From: Macrostomum lignano
Taxonomy: Eukaryota
DNA: 64,000 nt
Reading direction: 5' to 3'
Assembly: GCA_002269645.1 (NCBI GenBank)
Contig: NIVC01000001.1
Coordinates: forward strand, 2,046,001-2,110,000
Shown: in pieces, positions 1 to 12,800 of the stretch
Layout: every line of letters starts with the position of its first letter
Numbering within the stretch: the stretch's first letter is position 1
Notes under the pieces: generated by a model
What the model saw: only the letters and a program-made list of their open reading frames with translations
The model's database searches: none
Told to the model about the DNA's origin: nothing
Program-made: the position numbers and the translations under genes

Positions 1-894
1 ACCACATATCATTGTGTTCCCAAACGTTATTTACTGAATTCTTTCGTTTATTTCGTGTTTCATTCATGTTGTGTTTGCTCTTGCAGTGAAATATACTGAG
101 ACGAAAAGTTATCCAATTTTACCCATGCTTAAATCAGTCGTGAGCAGATTTGCTTTGACCATAGACAGTGACGGCGGACAAATGTAGAGCGTTTCAATCG
201 TGTTTGAACCCAGGCAGCCTACCCATAACTAAAGCTGGTTTTGCTGATAAGAGTTAAAATGAAAGAAACTAGGTTCAATGATATAAAAACCATATCTGCC
301 TCTTACTAAACGAAAAATATTGAAATAATTAATCATTTTAAGGTGCCAAGTATTGGCCAACCAATTTGAGACTATGCTAGGCATAAATGCCTGCTAGGAT
401 CAATTTGTTTTGTTGCTATTATTGCAATTAACTAGCTTGTGAGCAAAATAATATATCCATAGTGTCAAATTCATTTAACAATAAGCTATACTTAGTAAGT
501 CAACTAACACTTAATCAGTACTTCTGTATCTAAAATCCACAAATCCACAAATAAAGTTTAGGCATGATATATTTGTTTATAGCTTAGCATTTTTTAGCTT
601 GTAGTAGGCCTACTTGTACTGTTAATAATGCAAAGTACAAAGGGTATTTTAAAATAAACTAACAATAATGCTACTCATTTGCCTTCAAAACTATATATTT
701 GTGGTAAGATATAACTGGACTATAGCTATAAGTAGGCCTACAGTATATAAAACTACAATATATAGTTTTAGGCAATTTTTTACTTTCCCACTTTTAAATT
801 ATTTTGTATTTTTCAGCTGATCATGGTGGGCCAACCATAGGCACCATGGTTTATTGTCAACCCTGACCTTCTGAGGCCCACAGTTGAGCTGTAT

Positions 895-1132
895 GACCTA
901 GACATAAACCACTAGGAGCTGATAGGCCTGACTAGTAAGACAGGAATCTATCTTTACCAACTAGGTCAAGGGAATATGAAGTAATTGCAAGGCCAAATTC
1001 TGTGCCATGCATGGTACATCTGATCAACTGTTCAACACATACCTGCAGGAATTCAAGTGGCACAACCAGTTCCCCAACAAGTAGTTTGGCAATATCCTGT
1101 ACTGGATTGCCCACTACTACCCTGCTATGTGA
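895..1132 (+). pseudogene. Decayed Merlin/IS1595 (ISXO2-like) DDE transposase, C-terminal fragment
   Basis: Manual translation of 956-1132 gives TN*VKGI*SNCKAKFCAMHGTSDQLFNTYLQEFKWHNQFPNK*FGNILYWIAHYYPAM*. This resembles the IS1595/Merlin C-terminal pattern (HTN.IEG.W...K......G......YL.EF.W). Upstream DLDINH* (895-) lies in another frame. Three in-frame stops and a frameshift. Confidence 0.65.
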
Positions 1133-1460
1133 CTTTGTGAACATTTATTTATATGTTTTCTTATTTGCCTTAGTGCCATGAACTCAAATTCATCATAAAA
1201 TAATTTAGAGCGGGAAAGTAAAAAATTGTCAAGTTTTACAGTTTTACAATATATAAAACTATAAAACTAAATAGTATACAAAACTAGTTTATATATATAA
1301 AACTAATTTATAAACTAGTTTATAATAATGAGAGTACTATTTACATGGTACCATGCAAATAATGAGTGCCTTTTTAGTTATACTTGTAGTGACATTATAC
1401 ATGTGCAACTGCTGGCCAACTTGACCAATCTAGTCACGGAAATTTGTAAATTGTGGTAGA

Positions 1461-2310
1461 CAGTGTTGGGCACTTCCATTACCGAGAAACTTGCAAATTA
1501 TGGTAACGCAAGTTACTTTTTTGTAAAGCATTCCTTATGCAAGTTACTTTTTTATTTTAGTAACGGAGTAACGGTAAGTTACTCAAATTTCAGAAGTCCG
1601 TTATAGTTACTTTGCAACAATCGCAATATTTAAAATTAAAACTGAAATGCTTAGCTATTATGCCGGTTGTCACATGTTTTTGCATTTTTCATTCTTAAAT
1701 TCAAAATTAAGTGAATAGTATCATATGGTATTGCGCTTAATTAATGAAGAAATACTTGAAACATGTTTTACTTTGTTAATTTTGGTAAAATATTTTCGCC
1801 TTACATTTTCGTTACTAAAAATTTTCAAGTTTGATTCAAACAAACAACCAAAGAAAGAAATTCATCTGTAGCCTCCACAAGTCCCTCCACTGGCATTGCA
1901 GTACACTACACCATTTTATACAGTTCTATTTATTTTACTCTATTGAATTATTGATATTCGTTTATTTTATCATTTATAATTTTAATTATTGATTGTCATT
2001 GCCCATTGGTCCTTCTACTTGCCTCACATCGTGTCGCCAATTCCTGTCTCTATCTGTTAATCGGTTAATCCCAATGCCCAATGGCAAATTTCAGTAACAA
2101 CAATGTGAAAAAATTTGCAATGTGAAAAAAGCAGAAAATTTTGTTAATAACATGGGTAACGGAAGTGAGTAACGGACAGTAACTTAAAAGTTACCAGGTT
2201 TTTATCTAAAGTTAGTAAGTTACTAGGCTAATGTAAGTTACTTTTTAAAAATTGGTAACTTAAGTTACAGTAACACAAGTTACTTTTTTTGAGTAACTTG
2301 CCCAACACTG
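1461..2310. mobile_element. Non-autonomous hAT-type DNA transposon (MITE), 850 bp
   Basis: 12-bp terminal inverted repeats CAGTGTTGGGCA (1461) / TGCCCAACACTG (ends 2310). Perfect 8-bp target-site duplication GTGGTAGA (1453-1460 and 2311-2318). Many subterminal GTAAC/GTTAC motifs at both ends. No coding capacity. Confidence 0.88.
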
Positions 2311-4899
2311 GTGGTAGACCAAGGCTAGGGGTAAGTTGAAAAAATGCCCACCCAATGGCCAAAGTAAGGAATACAGACATAGTACTAATTAGATGATGAG
2401 GCATATTAGCCTTGCTAAGATAGTCACAGTTATTCCTGCCATTTACCCAAAGTTGTGTTAATTTTTCTAAAGGGTTTCTTTCACAGGAATGTTGCAGTTT
2501 TGGTAAAAAAGTAAGTCGCATGGCCTGTGTAAATCAGGAAGGTTGTGCATGTATGGTAAGGTAACATCATTATTTGTCCCACCACAAAATTTTGTCTACT
2601 GAAAATGGGAAATGACCTAAAGAAAATCCTATCAAATAAGTTTGCTTGCACTAGGCTAGGCTATGCTAGAAGTGGAACTATTTTTTGTCAAAAACAATTG
2701 TTCCTATGCATATGGCCTATGGCCATAGTTTCAACTATTGAATGTTATAGTGACCATAAATTATAGACTGTAGAATTCTGCACCACCAGTGCAGTGATTA
2801 AGATGCAGCTGCAGGTCATGTAATATGACTAATGACTAGGCTAGGCCTACTGTAGGCTAGGCCTACATGCTACATAGAAACATAGTAGACAGACTACAGA
2901 ATTTTATATTGTGTAGGCCTATACAATTGTAAGACTCTACATTGGTTAAAGTCAAGCATCAAGGCCTAACTAGCCGGTAGGAAAATCTGAAGCCTATTAG
3001 TGATTACATTACAATAGGCCTAACCGGTGGTGACTGGTGAGCGGCGAGCCTGACTCGGCTAAAATTATAGCACTTTCGTGGAAAAAGAGACTTTTAAAAC
3101 TTCTTAAAAACTGCTGCGTAATGCACTAGTACTAAGGTAGCTTTGGTCTAAAATAAATAGTCGTAATGCTTATTAAGGAGAAATAATTACCCAAAATGTT
3201 GAAAGAGAGCTAAAGAGTTCTAAAGTTTTGTTAAAATCAGTTTAAAAAGTTAAAAATTTTCGGAATGCTCCCGGTATGATGTATAAACAAATACTGTAGT
3301 ATAATAATTCATCGTGCTTTTACGTCTGGGAAATTTCTTGTTCTCTTCACTCACTGGAAAGTGATGCTGGCACTAAACGGGCACTATATGAGCAGCTTTT
3401 TGTATAATAATCTTTCAAGGTCGAGTATTAAATGAAGAGAGTTTTTTTCCAAAAGTTTTTTTTCTTGAACTAAAGCTAAAATTATAACTTTGTACAGCAC
3501 TGTACCTGCTTAATCGCTGCATATAATTGTAATTGCATGCACAAATCTCGGGCCCATCTTTTGCCATTTAGCTCACAGAATATATAATCTCTCCGGCGTT
3601 GACTACGTACATTTACAAAAGATACATGTAAAAGATGGAAGTGCGCTTCTCAGTTTACAGCTGAAAGCCTAAAGCTAGCAGGCTTAATGTGTATCTTTTT
3701 CCCGGCATTCGATTTTCGTGCGGAGAGTGGAAATAAGAATTCTTCGTGGTTCGATCATGCATGGTTCGATTTCTCTGCCCGATCGCCACGGAGATTCAGC
3801 GTCATGAGAGCACTTTGTATAGCAGCAGCGACGATGCAGTCAGAAACAACACGTCCGGCGGGAAAATTAGGCAATTTCTGCAGCTTTCTTGTTCCTAATC
3901 TTTGCACTGTAAGATGGACGCACATTAACAATGCTACGTGTAACAATGTGAAAATTTTGTTTAATTTTTTCAATCGTGATCTTTTCTTCTGAGATGAGTT
4001 GGTAAACTGCAAAGCAATGAGCAGCTGCTTACATATATACGAGCGTATAGGTCCTGGTCTCTAATTGCTCCGTTGCTGAATATAAATGTATATTTGTGTG
4101 AGGCTTCCGTTCCGAGATACACATTAGTTGAGATACATATATATATGTACCCACATCCGGATAGACATACACGTACACCAAGTTAATAAAACATGTACAT
4201 CCGCTCAAACACACCCGATTAGACAATCCATCCATAATTTGTCTATAGGTGAGAACATTAGTGAACTTTAAAAATACAATTTGCACTACTTGGGAGCGGC
4301 TTTCTACTGTATACATGTGCTTTAATTCTTAAACGTTACATTTGAGCCGCGGGATTAAGGACTTTAGAAGCAATTGAACCAAAGAATATTTTGTTTCGTA
4401 AACAATCTTTTTCAGAACCGATTTAATATGTACGAGTATTTAGGATGAGTTTCAATAACTTCGAATATCATCAATCGAATACATGTAGGTTACACTCTGG
4501 GGCGTCGCCACCGCAGGGGGACAGGGGGACATACTGTATCCCCCCAAGTAAAAGCTATGGACGGATGACAATGCTTTGTCCCCTCTACGCTACCTTTTGA
4601 CCCGTTAGTGGAAAGCAATATTTTGTTTCAGGGCGCTAAAATATAGCACCAAGTAAAGGGCGCTACTGAAGTAAGTAGACTGTACTGTGCATAATTTAGT
4701 TAACAAGCCCCCGTGAATATGCAGATACAAAAATTAATTAGATACAAGTCTTTTATATATTTATTAGAACAGTCAATTCGCACTATCAGACGGAACTTTA
4801 ATAAATATAGGAGTCACTTTGTTAGCGTTGCTTCGGTCACCGCGCGAACGCTGATGGTATGCTGGCCTCGGTGGCTTCATGCATGCAACATCATGCTGT

Positions 4900-5140
4900 T
4901 GTTGTTGTTGAGTGGCAGCGCCCAGGCCCCAGCTATAGGATCTTGCTTGGTGCTGGCGGCTTCTTCGTTGCCCGGGATGCCTGCGTGCCCGATGATCCAG
5001 AGCAGAGTGACCTGGCAAGACGGAAGAGGGAGAGCTTGGGCCTGAAGAGGCGACAGGTAGGGCTGTGAAGCGCGCGGAGCAGTGACTGCAGAGAGTCGCT
5101 GCCGATGAGAGCGTCGTCGTGAGAGCCTCACTCGCACTTA
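4900..5140 (-). pseudogene. RNase H domain relic of a non-LTR retrotransposon
   Basis: Minus-strand translation QVTLLWIIGHAGIPGNEEA matches the RNase H C-terminal motif W.PGH.GI.GNE.AD. An upstream frame gives IGSDSLQSLLRALHSP (DS.S.L.AL motif). The pieces are separated by frameshifts. Confidence 0.6.
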
Positions 5141-5410
5141 TTTTTGTGACGCTGACGCTGATGTTAGGAACTGACGGTGTGTTTTTTGTTGTTGCGTTGG
5201 TACAGTGGTCCCTTGATCGGTTACTTTGTTACATGCGCGTCTCTCTGTGTAAATCCCCAAAGTGACCATGTGTCTATGCGTATATAAGTCCAGCTTTGCA
5301 GCTTTTTGCTTAGATGTGAAATGAAATAAGTTGCTATTGTTATTTGTGAAATTACAATACATGCAGTTATTTCATGTACAACATGCTGCGGTGCACCTTA
5401 GCTTGATAAA

Positions 5411-5895
5411 GACCTCCGCCCTGAGCAGGGCCCTGCTTGGACTTAACCGCAGGGACATCAGGGCGGTGACCATGGCCTTCTCGGGTCATGGCTGTTTTGC
5501 CAGGCATCGTCACCTCCAGGGAAAAATCCGCAGTGAGGAATGCCCATTCTGCCTCTCCTGTGTCGAGAATGCGGAGCACTTCATCTGTGAATGCCCCGCC
5601 TTTACTCAGGACAGGCTCACCTACTTCGGCCCAAACCCGGACCTCTCCGACGTTTTCAGGCCGGGAATCTCTGCCAGCTCGTCCGCTACCGAAGGGCTAC
5701 CGGGCGAGCGACAATCCACCTCCTGGACTCTCCGGAGGGGGACCGCGCTGCGGACACCGGCACCACCGGAACTCCCTGCGCGACACCGCAGCACCAGCTG
5801 CCCATGGTCGCCAGGGGTTGGCGAAATGGGCGGCAACGCCCTCCTCGCTGTTTCTGGACGCACGGAGCCCCCTGCAGCTAATTCAAGTAAGTAAG
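5411..5895 (+). mobile_element. 5'-truncated LINE (RNase H / C-terminal zinc-knuckle type) with (TAAG)n tail
   Basis: Encodes ...[39 protein letters not shown], the C-terminal CCHC-type finger of non-LTR ORF2. Ends in TCAAGTAAGTAAG. Near-perfect 12-bp TSD TAGCTTGATAAA (5399-5410) / TAGCTAGATAAA (5896-5907). A closely related copy lies at 21215-21807. Confidence 0.85.
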
Positions 5896-6659
5896 TAGCT
5901 AGATAAAACTTCGCTTTTAATTTTTCGATCGCGATTGACCTGATAAGTGCAATATTAAAGAGAAAGAAAAATTACTCTTTGAAGGTCTCATCGGCTCATA
6001 AACAGCGTTGAGGAAATTGTGCCCAAGGCGCGCACTCATACACACAGCTCACACAGGGTGAGCAGCGGCCCTGACTTTCTAGTCGGTCAGGCGTGCACGC
6101 TCTCTGAGCCTTGGGGGCTGGTCCTCAGGAGTGTGATATGCAACAGCCAAAACCGCTGGCTGTGCATTATTCACAATAGAGCAGAAAACTTTAAGTGCGC
6201 TCTATTTGTAAGAAAAACCTCACTGTGCAAAAATACAGAAAGCATGAATCAGACGATGGAGCACTCGGTGACGGAAAGCAAAATTGCAACTATAAACTCC
6301 ATTGGCAGAACATAATGGATTCTGAAATTCGAATGTTGAGAAGCTTTCTACTATCAATGAAAAGAGTAAGACGAGCAGATTTCTTAAGCAGAGTTTCGTC
6401 ATTGCAAGATAAGATGAAAGCGTAATTAACGGAGAGTCAAATTTAGTCGGAATCGAATGTCTAAGATTTACCTTTCAATTTGCTATCCAAAGAGCAAGCA
6501 ATTTCCTGTCGTGTTCTGCCTGATTTAAAAATGGCTAGAAATAAGGATGACAGTTCGGCAGAAAGACGGAAGAACTGGAAGGGATTATTGAGAAGATTAA
6601 AAGAGACAGAAAGTCAGAAAGGATTTCATTTTTAGTATATGGATTGGATTGAGTGCATG

Positions 6660-6890
<231 letters not shown>

Positions 6891-9880
6891 GATACACAGC
6901 AGGAATTACTGCGGGGCCAGTTTTTAGAGTTCGCAGAGTTCGAACAATAAACCTCACCCTCTTAGCATTAAACAGCATCTGTTGCTTAGCAACACGCAGG
7001 TAAAATACGCAATTTGCTTTCAAATGAGTGCCATTGCATACAGAACAAATTCTGACCTGCACATCTCAAAACTCTATTGTTGCAAGGCACGAGAGGGAGA
7101 GGCAGACAGCTTCAAGTGGAATGATAAGCCCCCATTGCCCATTATGGCCGAACAATGCCGCACACAAGCAGCTCTGCAACCAAGCGTGAAGAGATTGAAT
7201 GCGTCGCTGACCGAGTCTTATCTGTTTATTACGTTACTCGTACGTTTGTTTATTTCAATCTTCAAATCTTTTGTGCTCCTCTATTTTATTATGCGCCTAA
7301 TTTTTTACTTTGTATTCCTTTCAATAGCAGCCACACTATCTGCTCAGGCTGGCCCTGCACTGGCATCAGCAGAGAACTCCTCCCTTCATTCTCTTGACCC
7401 GTTCGTGCCAAACTGAGTTGGAGCAAACACGCGGCACAGAGCCCGCAGCAGATACGGAATCAGAGGGCGCACCCGATTTTCTACGAGCTATCTCTCTTCT
7501 CCGACTCTCTCCGGAGAAGCAGAAACAGGGGGGGGGGGTAGGTTGTTCGGATGTTGTACCCGTCGGACTTGATTAACTTATTTTTCAACCCCGCGAATAC
7601 GTGCCAAATTGGCCAGGGGTTCTATAACTACTACAGCAACTTAGCATAAATAGCGTAAATTATCAGACACAGCTGCTGTTTCACTTGCAACTTTTATCAC
7701 CTCTCTTGTCAGGTTGGAGCAAACCCGCTTATCAGCAACCCTGCAACTGTGCGGTGAGTCACCTTAAATGAGTTATAACGATGCCACGTGACACGCTGTC
7801 AGACTGAGTCGACAGCCACATTGCAAGTATAGGATTCAAGTGGATAGTGTATTTCGTGTTTGAGAACTATTCACCTGCTGACAAGTGTCACAGTGTCAGT
7901 GGTGTGCGCAGGAGAATGTCCAAACGGATTTGATTGTCTGCAGTTTCATCAAGTTCAGTTGTTGTACAGCTTCATCATGACCAGCTCGATTTGTTATCGA
8001 TAAGCTACTCAAAGCGCTCGCGATAAGCCAGAGTGGTTTTTTAAAAACACATTTCAGGTGCTATCAATTTAAAAGCGTCAATAGCCTCGTCCGTCTATCC
8101 TTTAATTGTCCTAGTTCGTTTAGTATACACTGTGTAGAGTTTATAGATCCTCGCATCAGAATCCCAAGAAGTGCAGCTATACAACCTGGGCATGTTCGGT
8201 GAGCCGCATCCCATCCTTCGATGTCTCTCCAGACATGAACCCTATCAATCATCCACACGATACTGAAACTAGCATTAAAGACATTGCTTAACTTTTGTGC
8301 TGGCTGAGAGCATTAGCTGGGTTTATAATGCACAAGATGAAACAAACAAACAATTAGAAATCACGACAGAAAGCGTTAAATGCCCACCGACCAAATCAGA
8401 CGATCTTGACCGAGATGGGGTCGGTCAAGTTGACATTAATCATTCACTTTCAGCTACTCACTCTCTATACTGATATGTTTCCCAGGCTACCCAACTTAAC
8501 TGGTCTTCTTTATTCTATCGCTTATCTATTGATTGATTGACTGTTGATAACAGCTAGCGATATGGGCAAGCTTGGATCATGTAGCTAACAGTGTAGCAGT
8601 TGGCGGGCATCGGTCTGATATCATTTGAGCATGCAGAAGAGAGAGATTTTGCTACTTCACAATCTTTAAGAATTCGGTCCCGATTCAAAGCTCAAACGCA
8701 CAGCTGGCTGCTGTATATCTCAGAACTGGGTATATCTGAGAGTGTACAGCGCGTGTTAATCATTTGTGTTCCCCTTTATAGGCTTGCAGGCAACTCCAGC
8801 AACAGTAAAATGCTCGCAGATACAGCACGCTGACATTGGGAGAGCCCCGCCAACCCCATTGAAAACTGGTGAACCCCGCTTGCATGCGTCACCCCACAGG
8901 CCACTCCAACTGGGTACTCGCTGCCATGATTATTTATCTGCATACAGTGGAAACCGTACATTTTTAGACTGTATTCAATTTGAAAACGTGATTCGTCAAG
9001 TACAGCTGGTTGTAGCAGAGCACAAAACCTACATTTTAAGCGTATGTAGATATAGGCAAGGTCGCTCGCATCAAACTTATTGTTGTCAGAGCAAACAGTT
9101 TGTTACAGTTTCTGCTATTCTGCGTCCCTCTCCGAATGATTTACACAAAGTTTCTTAGAATTATAACTAGAAATAGCTGAAAATTGAAAGGGGCTGTATC
9201 CGGTCTTGAGTTACTGAGCAAAGGTAAGTAGCATTTTGCCTCTTCTCTTTGCCTTTTGATTTGAGTGCTACAGTACCGACTCAATGCCTTCGCGTCTTTT
9301 GATGAGGCAGCAGCAGCCCCCGACTGTCGAGTCTGATTCGAGCTGGTGACTTCTTTCACCTTGTGAATAGGGGGCTAAGCGAATGACAGACGCTCTATTA
9401 ATTACTCTTTTACCTTCTTGAATTGTCACCTGTCTGAGCAACCCATTTACGCTTTAAATTTTCACTTTGACCTATCAGTGCATAAAAAAGCCATTTGAAT
9501 TCCCCGCCGCTGTCTCGTCATTTGTTTCCCAAGCGAGCTTCACTTGCGGCTCTTCCCACTCCATGTCTCTCCTCTCTTCCTCCATGGGGAAAAGCAACAC
9601 GCAGTAGGAGCTGCGCCCCACCCCAGCCCGATCCACTGGGGGCCAATCCCATTGCGCCACAGGCCATCAAAGCCAGCTTGCTTTCTATTTTTCTGAGCTG
9701 AGCACCTCTGAGCAGCAGCAGCAACAACAGAGAGGCATCTGGCAGAAGACAAGCCAAGCAAAAAACGGACACACTTCTGCCAGCAGAAAACTTAGTCAAG
9801 AAGCACCCCCTCAGAGCGATATTAAACTCCTTTATCTCCGAATTCAGAGACACAGCTTGGTCGAATCCCTCAGCGTCTCC

Positions 9881-12800
9881 ATGGCAACTAAAGTTGACGA
9901 CGAAGCCAGCTGCTCATCGGACTTCGCTGCGTCAATCGGCGAGGAGCTCACGGTGGTCGACGAGCTGCTGGTTGAGGCGGGCAGCTTCGAGCCCGCGAGT
10001 GGCAGCCGCCAGCGAGGAGAGTCCAGCCCGAACTCCGGCCAGCCTCCCGGAGCTCCAAAGCGGGCGAAGATTGCAGGTGAGAAGCTGCCCACATAATGAG
10101 ATTAGCCGCATCTGCAGCGATAATTGCAAGAACTCTGCAGCATGCCAGGCAATTTGAAATTTTCGTATCGAGTCTCCTGGGCCAGGCTCGTTCTGAAATT
10201 GGCTGCAGATGGCCTCTGAAAAATGCAATTAATTTTATAATTAAAAGCAAAGCGTTGCCGGATTTTTCGCAGTTGCGCCAGAATATTTTTTTGTATAATT
10301 TTTCCTGTACCATCGCCCTTTGCTCTGCGGCAGCTTCTCAGCTTGATTTGTAAAAGCAGGCCAGGATGCGCGTGAACTGACTTTTTTTACTCTCTCAGTT
10401 TAGTCCTCAGCTGCTGACGCACAGGCAGTTTGCAACAGCCTGCATGGCCGGCTGCAGGGAGCTGGAAATTGCATGGGTGAACTCAGCTCTCTGGGCCGCA
10501 ACTCCCACTGTTGCTTGTTGTGTTGGCCTTCATTCCCCCGGTCCCCGCTGCTGTGTCTGTGTACACTGAGTAGCGGGTGTAGAGGGGAACCCACATTGTT
10601 ACCTCAGAGACGCGGACACGTCCTGCTGCTGCTGTCCATCCATCCACCTGCTTGCTCTCTGCACCTCCGGCACCTCTGCGGGGAGACAGGAATAGCAAAC
10701 AACACGGCAAAGCTGGGTAGAGCAGGGCTATTTTCGTGTCCTTTGAAGCTCTTGCAGCTGCTTCAATTAGTAAAGCAATTTTAGCTTGTAAATTATGGCA
10801 AAACTATCGCCTCTGAAAACCTGGACCAAGGAGCATTCCATATTTTTTAATTATTTATTTGACTGCCCAGTTTTGCTTCAAGGAGCCACAGCAAAATTGA
10901 AATTTTTTCAACAGTTAAATCGGCAAACCTGTCAATGAAAGAGCTTCAAAGTACAAACACGCCCTGTGTTAAATTTACAGCTGGTTCAAAGTACCGCCGC
11001 GGAAAACGGGCCAACAACTCGCAGACGAAGTTGACCAGCAGCAGCAGCAGCAGCAGCAGCTTGAACGACAATCAAGTGGCAGTTACAGCTTCTGCGTTGA
11101 AAATGTCGCTGCCTCAGTACAACTGGTTCGAGCAGAAACTTCAGCAGCAGCAACAACAGCAGAAGGAGAATGCCGGACTGCAGTCTGCCGAAACTGTCAG
11201 CGCTGAAGACGCCGAGGATGAGGACAGCGTGGAGGAATCCGGCTTCATTCTCGGCGATATGCCAGAGTCGCCTCCCCCGGCGACGTCGCAGGAGCCACAG
11301 AAATCGCCGCCAAATTCGGAGGCAAAACCAGCGCTTGAGAAGACTGAGGACCCAATTGACACCAGCAGCTCAAGGTTTGTGCCTGTAGAGAAATAGTTCT
11401 CTGTGAACTTTAAAAAAAATCCATCGTAAATTATGAGAATCTGAACTTTATACTTTTACTTTACCACTATTACTACTACAAGTAGTTCTACTAATTGCAG
11501 AGAGTCCAAGCCGGCCGCTCACTGGTACGAAAAGGCCCGACTGCCGCCAAAGAAGCGACGCCTTGTCGTTGACGACTTGACAAGCCGATCGCGTGAGTAA
11601 AAACTACCGCGGGCAAAATGGTGTACCAGAGAATGAAAATTGAAAAATGAAAGTTTCAATCGTTTTTTGTCAAGTTTAGAAAGAGCTGCTTTGAAATTTG
11701 AGATAAATTTAGTAGCAAATTCTATAGACAGAATAAAAAACTGAAGCAAAACATAAGGGCGTGGTCTTACTGAGATTGGTATTGAGCTCGATCCTTCCTA
11801 CTAATAGCTTTTGATATTCATGCAAAGTAAAAACATTCCTAGCCTCTCTGCAACCGATTCAGGGTTGACTACCTGTGAGCGTTGAGTCGGGGATGGAGCT
11901 AAGTCTCCGGGTGGGGCTCCAGATTCTTGTCACGCGAGCTGCGCTATTGAGCGCGCTATAGATGAAGCTTGGGAAAGCTTGAAAAGCAGCTGGCCAGCTC
12001 TCTAGAAAATTAAACTATGTTCGACCAGTCCACATAGTTTAAAGTACTAGCTCAACTCTCGTGTTGACTAAACTGTAGTCAAGACTACACTGCTACTTTA
12101 ATCCGTTTATATAGGTTTGCATCAAGCGGATTAACTGGATTATTCAGATTCTTAATCAGGATATTGCATTCCGCAAAGGCAAGAGAAAGTCTTCCTAATC
12201 CAGAAGCTTACGCCACGCTATGCTACGCTTTGAAAAATAAAATTTTACTTATTTTGATTCTGAAAGGGGATAATGAACTAGCTGTACCGCTAAATGCTAC
12301 TACAATTAGTCTAAAAGTAGTACATGTAGCCTACGTGAAAATACGGAGTGAGTTATCTGGAAGAAATACATTTTAATACATTTCCAACAGAGGCTCAGGA
12401 TTTAGTGGATTAGGTTTGCCTGTTTGTCTAAATTGCTTGTCTAAGGGCCCCACCTGCGAGTATCCTGAATAACTATCTACTTCTAATTAATTGCTCCCAC
12501 AGCGCCACTCTCGCATCGCCGCAAGGAGGCCCCTGTGTTGGCTGTGCCGCCCGTGTGCCGCGAGGACGACCTGGACGCCCCCGCCGCCGAGGCTGTTGAC
12601 GAGCTGGCGCTGACGCTCCGCAAGAACAGTCGGGAACAGCAGCAGCAGCAACAGCTGGGGCAGCATCCAGCCAAACCGTTACCGACGACGACTCCCCCGG
12701 CGCCGACACTGCCTGCCATGAAAGGCAGCTCCAGTTCAGTGATGGAGTATAGTGCTCAGCTATCAGCGGCGTCGCATCAGCATCAGCAACAGCCGGCGCT

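Noticed and set aside
87-187. Possible terminal exon (KYTETKSYPILPMLKSVVSRFALTIDSDGGQM*) of a gene upstream of the window
   Set aside because: An acceptor and a short open frame exist, but there is no recognisable homology and the upstream context is missing.
2380-2530. Possible Tc1/mariner relic (LDDEAY)
   Set aside because: Only a six-residue motif amid many stops, with no other catalytic motifs or TIRs.
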